From a virus, in the IMG/VR virus record IMGVR_UViG_3300008262_006988: 64,000 bases of DNA. One strand, given 5' to 3'. Shown here in pieces: positions 57,377 to 64,000 of this stretch; position 1 is the first letter of the stretch, and each line of letters opens with the position of its first letter. The notes under the pieces are model-generated. The model searched no databases, had not been told where the DNA came from, and saw only the letters and a program-made list of their open reading frames with translations. The translations under genes and the position numbers were made by a program.

Positions 57377-57957
57377 GCTTATATTCAGAGATAGTTTTAG
57401 TTTTAAATAAAAATTGGCAGGCTATTAATGTTACTAGACCGTGCGATGCACTGTCTATGATGTATACTGGTAATGCAACAGGTTTGCATATTATTGGAAG
57501 TGAGAATATGGTTCCGTTAAAGTGGAATGACTGGGTAAAAATACCGTGTAGCGAAGGTGATAGTATTAAAACTGTACGTGGTAATATTCTGATACCAAAA
57601 ATTATAATTCTATGTAATTTTAATCGGGTACCAAAAAAGAGACCGAAATTTACTACAAAAAATCTATGGCAGCGTGATAAAGGCATATGTCAATACACCG
57701 GTAAAAAGCTTAAACCCAATGAGGGTAATATTGATCACGTGACACCACGTAGTAAAGGCGGTCAAACATCTTGGGATAATTGTGTTTTAGCACATAAGAG
57801 TGTAAATTCACAGAAAGCAGATAGAACTCCAGAAGAGGCAGGATTAAAGCTTATTAAACAACCAGTAACGCCGCAAGAGCTTCCGTCAACATATTATATA
57901 AAAAACCCTCATGGTATAAAAGAGTGGGAAGTATTTTTGACACATTTGTCTAATTGA
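57373..57957 (+). CDS. HNH endonuclease
   Basis: VLVLNKNWQ, RDKGICQYTG, IDHVTPRSKGG..WDNCVLA..N..KADRTP; ATGA overlap with thyX. Confidence 0.88.
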   Translation: MSLYSEIVLVLNKNWQAINVTRPCDALSMMYTGNATGLHIIGSENMVPLKWNDWVKIPCSEGDSIKTVRGNILIPKIIILCNFNRVPKKRPKFTTKNLWQRDKGICQYTGKKLKPNEGNIDHVTPRSKGGQTSWDNCVLAHKSVNSQKADRTPEEAGLKLIKQPVTPQELPSTYYIKNPHGIKEWEVFLTHLSN

Positions 57958-57993
57958 GAATTTTAATTATGCTATAAGTACTAATGTTACTTT

Positions 57994-58929
57994 ATGGCAA
58001 ACCGTTACGAGCTACCACTTGATGCAATAGCAGGTTCAATTTTTCTTGCAAAAAATCTCGATACTGCAAAAGATATCGTAGTTTCGTTTGATTATGCGTG
58101 TTATGGTATTGAGACTTCAGGCAGTGAAGGTTTTTGCGTATATTTTATTAATGCGTTTGCTGATACCTTAAAAGGAGGTGGTCCGGGACCAGGGCTATGT
58201 TATGCAATGACAGAAGGGGTAACGGCGAGAGATAGTGATAATAATATACGTACTTTTTATGATGGTGCATATTATGGAGAGTTTGGTGTGGGATTTGATC
58301 TTACTGGAAATTTCGCAACAAGTGGATTCGGATCTGCGGGTGGTTACGCATTACCGGTACCGAATACTATAGCAATACGTGATTCTTATAATACAAAGTT
58401 TAACCTTGTATATCGTTCAGAGAATTTGAGTAGTTCAGCGTTCGAATACCCGTTTTCACTTTATCAGCAAAAAATCGCAACAGATTTTGAGTATAGACGT
58501 ATTCGCGTAAGATTAACAGATTTTTGTCAGCGTATAATCGTGGATGTGAGTCACCCTGATTCTGGGGAATGTTTTGTAAATTATGTTGATATGCCGGTAC
58601 CAGGTGACCGACCACCTTCGCTTAATTGCTGTTTATCATTTGCGTCAGGTACAACGCGAACAAGTCTTAGAATTAAAAATTTCAATATTAACGGATTCTT
58701 TACACAGTTAAGCGGCGCTGATACTACTGATATATTTACATACATTGCAGAACCTTATATGGGTCTCGTGCCTACAATCGCGAATTTTACAGTATTTGAT
58801 ACACTCTCTGTGGTAAATGCCCCTCCATTTGATACCGGGCCTATACTCTCTACACCATTAATAAATATAACAACTGGTACTGCACCGTTTACTAATGATG
58901 ACAATTATATTCTTATAACACCACTTTAG
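57994..58929 (+). CDS. Lectin/ConA-like virion protein
   Basis: GSEGFCVYF, GGGPGPGLCY, FGVGFDLTGNF beta-sandwich pattern. Confidence 0.55.
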   Translation: MANRYELPLDAIAGSIFLAKNLDTAKDIVVSFDYACYGIETSGSEGFCVYFINAFADTLKGGGPGPGLCYAMTEGVTARDSDNNIRTFYDGAYYGEFGVGFDLTGNFATSGFGSAGGYALPVPNTIAIRDSYNTKFNLVYRSENLSSSAFEYPFSLYQQKIATDFEYRRIRVRLTDFCQRIIVDVSHPDSGECFVNYVDMPVPGDRPPSLNCCLSFASGTTRTSLRIKNFNINGFFTQLSGADTTDIFTYIAEPYMGLVPTIANFTVFDTLSVVNAPPFDTGPILSTPLINITTGTAPFTNDDNYILITPL

Positions 58930-58963
58930 TTATTGATTTTTAAAATAAATACTTTACAAGCGC

Positions 58964-60259
58964 ATGGCAAATATATCAGCAAAATTATCACTTAATGTAC
59001 CAGCAATTACCGCTCTCTGTAAAGGCGAACCTGGTACGTCAATATTAAACGGTACTGGAGCACCTACAGCTGGCATCGGTAATGATGGTGATTTCTTTAT
59101 TAACACCACTTCTTATCAATTATATGGTCCAAAAGCTGGTGTATGGAATACACCTGTTCAGCTTAATAACAATATTTTAGCACCAAAGTGGGATTCTGCA
59201 TACAATACTTTAAGTTCACTTAGCGCCTCATGGGTTGGTGATAATACAACTGTATCTAGCAACAGTGCGAGATGGTCCGGTGTGTTTTCAACAACCCGTG
59301 CTTATAGTGGTGATTGGAATAGCGCTTTCAATACTGCATTAATTGTAAATAATGTAAGCGGTGACTGGGATCTTGCACCAAACGTTTATACAACAGTTGA
59401 TACCTATAGCGCGAACTGGAATAGTGTTTATAATACTGTTAGAGGTGTTAGTGCTGATAATAGTGCGAAGTTAAATAGCGTTTTTAGCAATGTAAATGTT
59501 AATAGCGCTTTTTGGAATAAAGATGCAGATACACAGGTACGCAGCCTTACCGGAAACTGGCAAAACACCTACACTGTTATGTACAATAATAGCGCTAATT
59601 GGGACACTGCTTTCGCTACAGCAGGTACAGATTTAGGTGTACGTAGCCTTACCGGAAACTGGCAAAGTACATATAACAATACATATTCGACAAGCGCACG
59701 CTGGGAGAATGCTTTTACTGTAACAAGTTCACAGAGTGCAAATAATAGAGGTGTATTTACAAATGTACGTTCACAAAGCGCTTCATGGATTGACACAAAT
59801 ACTACAGTTTGGACGTATAGTGCTGCGTGGAATGCTAGTACAGATTTTTCGCGCTATAACGCAACGTATAGTACTGTATTCTCTAACTCGGCTAATTGGT
59901 CAACCGATGATTTTATCATAATATGCAGCGATGAAACCACAGATCTAGCACCGACATCAAGTATAATGACGTTTAGGACACCTTTTGCTATGTATTTGAA
60001 TGAGGTAAGAGCTTCCGTAAGTCAAGCTTCTACCATCTCAAATATAGTATTAGATATTTCAGCTAATAATACTTCAATTTTCTCGACAAAATTAAGCATT
60101 AATCAAGATCAAACAACATCTACAACTGCAACGATACCCGCAGTAATAACTACAAATTTATTATCTGATGATACACGTATTAATGTGGGTATTGATCAGG
60201 TTGGTTTGTTGAATACTGGTAGAGGTTTAAAACTTACTTTCAAGGGATACAGAACATAA
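58964..60259 (+). CDS. Tail/virion fibre protein
   Basis: GTGAPTAGIGNDGDFFIN..YGPK module, NWxSxY repeats, SDETTDL..FRTPFA..GLKLT C-domain. Confidence 0.75.
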   Translation: MANISAKLSLNVPAITALCKGEPGTSILNGTGAPTAGIGNDGDFFINTTSYQLYGPKAGVWNTPVQLNNNILAPKWDSAYNTLSSLSASWVGDNTTVSSNSARWSGVFSTTRAYSGDWNSAFNTALIVNNVSGDWDLAPNVYTTVDTYSANWNSVYNTVRGVSADNSAKLNSVFSNVNVNSAFWNKDADTQVRSLTGNWQNTYTVMYNNSANWDTAFATAGTDLGVRSLTGNWQSTYNNTYSTSARWENAFTVTSSQSANNRGVFTNVRSQSASWIDTNTTVWTYSAAWNASTDFSRYNATYSTVFSNSANWSTDDFIIICSDETTDLAPTSSIMTFRTPFAMYLNEVRASVSQASTISNIVLDISANNTSIFSTKLSINQDQTTSTTATIPAVITTNLLSDDTRINVGIDQVGLLNTGRGLKLTFKGYRT

Positions 60260-60263
60260 TAGC

Positions 60264-61676
60264 ATGAGAAGCTATACATTCGTATTATCAAGTGATCAAA
60301 AACAGTCCTTACCGATTATTTTAAATCACTATCTTTTTGAAGACCCGGTATATGGAATCTCGTTTACCTACCCGAATACTGCAAATGGAAGCTTTTTTCA
60401 CACAACAACTGGTTCTTTCACATACCCTGTAACAGCGAACGGCGGCATGATATACCCGTGGGGGTATGTCGTCCAGACTATCCGCACAAATCTTACAGCG
60501 GGTCCTTTTAAGGGCCCATATACAATAAATTTTTGCCCATCTGGTATTGATACGAGGTATTTTAACGTTTTAAAAATAATATATGATTTTGATAACGGCG
60601 AGCAAATTTATAATGTTGAAAAAGATATTGTACCGAATTTAAGGGAACGATTTTTACAGTCAAAAAGCCCTGTCGAGACAACACCAAGCAGAGTATATTA
60701 CCCGGGACCTGAATTGACAACGTTCCATCCAATTGTTTCCGTTATTAACAGTAATTTAACACAAAATATCTATAATATAACTTTCAGCCTAGTACCTGAA
60801 TCAATTTATGATTATAGTTCCTTAAAAGTTCTTAATGCTATACAACCCGGTGTAAGAACCCGTGAAACCATGGGCATGTTTGAAATAGAAAATTCTGATT
60901 TCGTAACAAATGCAAGAATTTTAAGTACCGCCGACACAAAATATAGTGAGGGTCTTGTATTCACGCCTTCACAGTACGGAAATCTCGCTGTATGGTTAGA
61001 TGCCTCAGAGAGTTTATCATTAGACAGAGATAATAGTTATAGAGTAAAATTGTGGCAAGATAAGAGCGGCAATGATAATCATTTCTATCAACTTTCTAGC
61101 TTTAACAAGCCAACCTTTGTCTATGCAAAACAAACTTCTGCAAACCGTAAAGCATTAAAATTTGCAGGCTCTCTCGAAGATGTACAGGATCAAAAATATT
61201 TAACATGTGTTAATAATACCGCTCTCAACGCAATAGTCAGCGGGTATACTGTTGCTTTTGTTTTACACCCTGGTTCTCTTTCTGGTACCCTTATCACACA
61301 AGCGAGTAATACTAATAATCCACGTAATAACATGTCAATATCATTCATTGACTCGTACGGGGTAAGTCTCACACAAGGATTATCAGATCATACAACAAGA
61401 ATTGATAATATATCACTTAATTTATCAAGTTATAATTTATTTACATTTACTGTAGCAGGCTCCTCATTACACACATCTACAGATGAGTTGGAATTAGATA
61501 TTCCTAATCAAAACTACACTTTTGGTAACAATGAAGCAGATATTACAATAGGCCCGTTGTTAAGTACAGAAATTTCTGAAATTTTAATATATACTGAACC
61601 ACTTTCTAAAATATCTCTTGACAAACTTAGAGCTGATCTGTGCTCAAAGTGGAATATAACGTATCAAACCAATTGA
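60264..61676 (+). CDS. Virion protein with LamG-like domain
   Basis: LAVWLDAS..VKLWQDKSGNDNH...ISEILIY..L..KW. Confidence 0.7.
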   Translation: MRSYTFVLSSDQKQSLPIILNHYLFEDPVYGISFTYPNTANGSFFHTTTGSFTYPVTANGGMIYPWGYVVQTIRTNLTAGPFKGPYTINFCPSGIDTRYFNVLKIIYDFDNGEQIYNVEKDIVPNLRERFLQSKSPVETTPSRVYYPGPELTTFHPIVSVINSNLTQNIYNITFSLVPESIYDYSSLKVLNAIQPGVRTRETMGMFEIENSDFVTNARILSTADTKYSEGLVFTPSQYGNLAVWLDASESLSLDRDNSYRVKLWQDKSGNDNHFYQLSSFNKPTFVYAKQTSANRKALKFAGSLEDVQDQKYLTCVNNTALNAIVSGYTVAFVLHPGSLSGTLITQASNTNNPRNNMSISFIDSYGVSLTQGLSDHTTRIDNISLNLSSYNLFTFTVAGSSLHTSTDELELDIPNQNYTFGNNEADITIGPLLSTEISEILIYTEPLSKISLDKLRADLCSKWNITYQTN

Positions 61677-61695
61677 TGTTACTATAAATAACGTT

Positions 61696-64000
61696 ATGGA
61701 GATTGTCTCTCTTAGTTCAACAAATTTTATCGGCTTATCCTCAAATTATGTATATGATAAGGCATTAAGATTTAAAGAAAATATCGTCTACACAGAAAAC
61801 GGGTTATATTTTCCAAAATCTAATGCTCTTACTAATGCAAATGACGTTGCAACAAATAATTTTTCACATTTATTTTTATCATATAAAGCACCACTAACCG
61901 ATAATATCTATATTAAAGATCTTGAACGGTTAGAAGATGAAGGGTTCTCTACATATCTTGCAATAAATGCGCTGAATGGTATTACCGGTGAGAGTACTTT
62001 TCTTGTCGTAGAAGAGCCTACTGTGGATGTAAATACTGCGAGCATTGCAATGACAGGTGCGGTGGATGCAATCGATAACCGGTATTTATTTGAAATAGAA
62101 TTTATTGATGATGCACTTTGTAGCGTCAAACATGAAACTAATCTCGAATCGAGATATATGACAGTAGATTATCTCGGTAATATTACATTTACTAAAAAAG
62201 GTAATTACGATCACTTATATGATTTAAGTCCACAGTTGTTTTATTACCTTTACGATAGAGAGCAAGATTATATAGTTTTTTATAAAAATATTAGCGATAT
62301 TGCAATGTACGTTACTTACAATATTTTTGAAGAAACGCTTACTCTCACCGAGCCTTTCACAGGTGTCTTAACACCCTATACGTCGTTAAGTATTTTTAAA
62401 TGTATAAATCGCAATGAAGCACCTAATGATACTAAATTGTTTGATTCATGGGTCGCTTATAATAAAGATCAAAAAACAAATTCCCAAGAAATATTTGCAA
62501 CACGGAGTACGGCAGCGATAGATTCCAATGTTCTTTTAAACGCAGAGTACAATTCTCTTTCCAGCAACTCTCTCGATTTAAATATTCTTTCTTTAAAAAA
62601 TACTAATACACCAGAAAATTTTCAATCACGCAATAACCCTTTTAGTTTTACAAAGACACCACTCTTTACAGAAGCTGAGTCAGATTTTAGAGATTATAAA
62701 CGCATATTTGCAGGTTCAAATCAGCTTCTCGGTAATGATAATATTACACTCGGTTACGATGCGTATACTACAGATATTGTTCTTAAGAGTGACAGTATCA
62801 CTTACTTTCATATACCACAAAATACGTATCCGTATATTCAATTAAATATAGGTGAATCAGGTCTCCAGGAGGCAGGTGCTATTGCAGGTGATCACCCTTT
62901 AAAGGCAGATAAGATATTTAAACGGCTTGGTAACAATAAATATACTTCGCATTTTGGTGAATCCATCGAAGAAGCGACAGGTAGTTTTCTTTGCACATGG
63001 CTATCTGGTAACCATAACCCAAATTCTAAACCTATATGGGTTGATAGATATTATAACCCTTCAAAAGTTTCATTTTTTGGAGCACTTTCAACAAATCAAG
63101 TTCAGTCAATAGTATATAAATCACTACTTGAGTGTCTTGCAGGTACAGTAGCTGACATTCTTAAAAACGTAACCGTGTTTGACAAGCCTTCTGATATGGT
63201 TCTTGAACCAGGTACGTATTATGCATATCACCACTACGGTCAAGATGATATAAGTAGGTATATTCTTTCTCTTAATAATCATCTAGTACAAGAAAATATT
63301 AATATAGTAAGAGATGCAGAGACAACATCAGAGGTTTTTTATGATGGTACTGAATATATGCTTGACGGTTCAATTTACGGTGTTACGAACAGTCTTTCTG
63401 CTATTCAAGATTCTGGTCAATTTACACTTTCGTTTTTTGCTCATAGCAATGATTGGACAAAGCCGTTTGCAGGCCAATTAATAGGTAATTATGCGACCGA
63501 TGGGTTTGGTATTTTTAATCAAAATACTTTAACACCGATGTTATATGTACCTACTCTTTGCGGTAGTGTCATCTTTAACACCGACATTACACCTATAAAA
63601 ACACTCACATATAAGAGTACTGCTGCTGCTTTCTTGCGACCTGCAGGTATTAGTAGTTATTACGTGGTACATACTGATGGGCAACTTAACAGATATAGTG
63701 CATCTGACACACTTTTACAGGAAATAACACTACCAGATTTTAAAAATTTTATATCGTATGATAGTACATTAACCGAAGATTACTTGCTTTACGGTAGTAT
63801 CGTAAACCCTGATAGACATATCGTTAAAGTAAATACTTCACAAGGTATCATAACCGATATTACAAATCAAGTTTTATCAGATTTAACAGCTCGTTTTGCA
63901 TACGATGTTGAGCGTAACTGGTATCCTACATCTTCAGGCTCTACTCTTTTAAAGCAAGCTTCCTCGATCGACTATTATAACGGTTATTTTTATCTTACAC
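61696..64000 (+). CDS. Large late/virion protein, runs off the right edge
   Basis: Not in the ORF track; TATAAATA 61683-61690 then MEIVSLSSTNF; frame open wherever spot-checked to the window end. Confidence 0.75.
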   Translation, partial: MEIVSLSSTNFIGLSSNYVYDKALRFKENIVYTENGLYFPKSNALTNANDVATNNFSHLFLSYKAPLTDNIYIKDLERLEDEGFSTYLAINALNGITGESTFLVVEEPTVDVNTASIAMTGAVDAIDNRYLFEIEFIDDALCSVKHETNLESRYMTVDYLGNITFTKKGNYDHLYDLSPQLFYYLYDREQDYIVFYKNISDIAMYVTYNIFEETLTLTEPFTGVLTPYTSLSIFKCINRNEAPNDTKLFDSWVAYNKDQKTNSQEIFATRSTAAIDSNVLLNAEYNSLSSNSLDLNILSLKNTNTPENFQSRNNPFSFTKTPLFTEAESDFRDYKRIFAGSNQLLGNDNITLGYDAYTTDIVLKSDSITYFHIPQNTYPYIQLNIGESGLQEAGAIAGDHPLKADKIFKRLGNNKYTSHFGESIEEATGSFLCTWLSGNHNPNSKPIWVDRYYNPSKVSFFGALSTNQVQSIVYKSLLECLAGTVADILKNVTVFDKPSDMVLEPGTYYAYHHYGQDDISRYILSLNNHLVQENINIVRDAETTSEVFYDGTEYMLDGSIYGVTNSLSAIQDSGQFTLSFFAHSNDWTKPFAGQLIGNYATDGFGIFNQNTLTPMLYVPTLCGSVIFNTDITPIKTLTYKSTAAAFLRPAGISSYYVVHTDGQLNRYSASDTLLQEITLPDFKNFISYDSTLTEDYLLYGSIVNPDRHIVKVNTSQGIITDITNQVLSDLTARFAYDVERNWYPTSSGSTLLKQASSIDYYNGYFYLT

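Noticed and set aside
57373-57957. HNH as an intron-encoded homing endonuclease
   Set aside because: thyX, nrdA and nrdB are uninterrupted; the HNH is free-standing and coupled to thyX.
1-64000. Stop-codon reassignment
   Set aside because: Long genes are intact in code 11, the two breaks are frame changes rather than in-frame stops, and no suppressor tRNA was found.

Overview
A 64-kb, AT-rich segment of a large T4-like (myovirus-type) dsDNA phage genome, read in standard code 11. It carries nucleotide metabolism genes (class Ia RNR nrdB/nrdA, thyX, hpt), RNA repair enzymes (two RNA ligases, two metallophosphoesterases), 10 tRNAs, a tmRNA with an unusually long tag and an adjacent ~420-nt block of unclassified structured RNA. 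It also encodes long repeat-rich tail/virion fibres, scattered lysis genes, Hsp20 and many glycan-tailoring enzymes. A prepilin-type gene at the left edge, a LysM membrane protein and the HPRT recall Verrucomicrobia proteins, suggesting such a host (inference from remembered families, not a search). Most notable: (1) late genes whose products begin with T4-like capsid-targeting leaders, including a zincin protease and a PRTase, plus a possible nucleotidyltransferase; (2) the ncRNA block plus long-tag tmRNA; (3) hsp20 with a ROSE-like thermometer and a 3'UTR complementary to its 5'UTR; (4) a tRNA-Thr(UGU) with a long variable arm; (5) early and late promoters placed so close to start codons that most of those mRNAs look leaderless. 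Two genes are broken by frameshifts. No CRISPR array, reverse transcriptase or transposase was seen.
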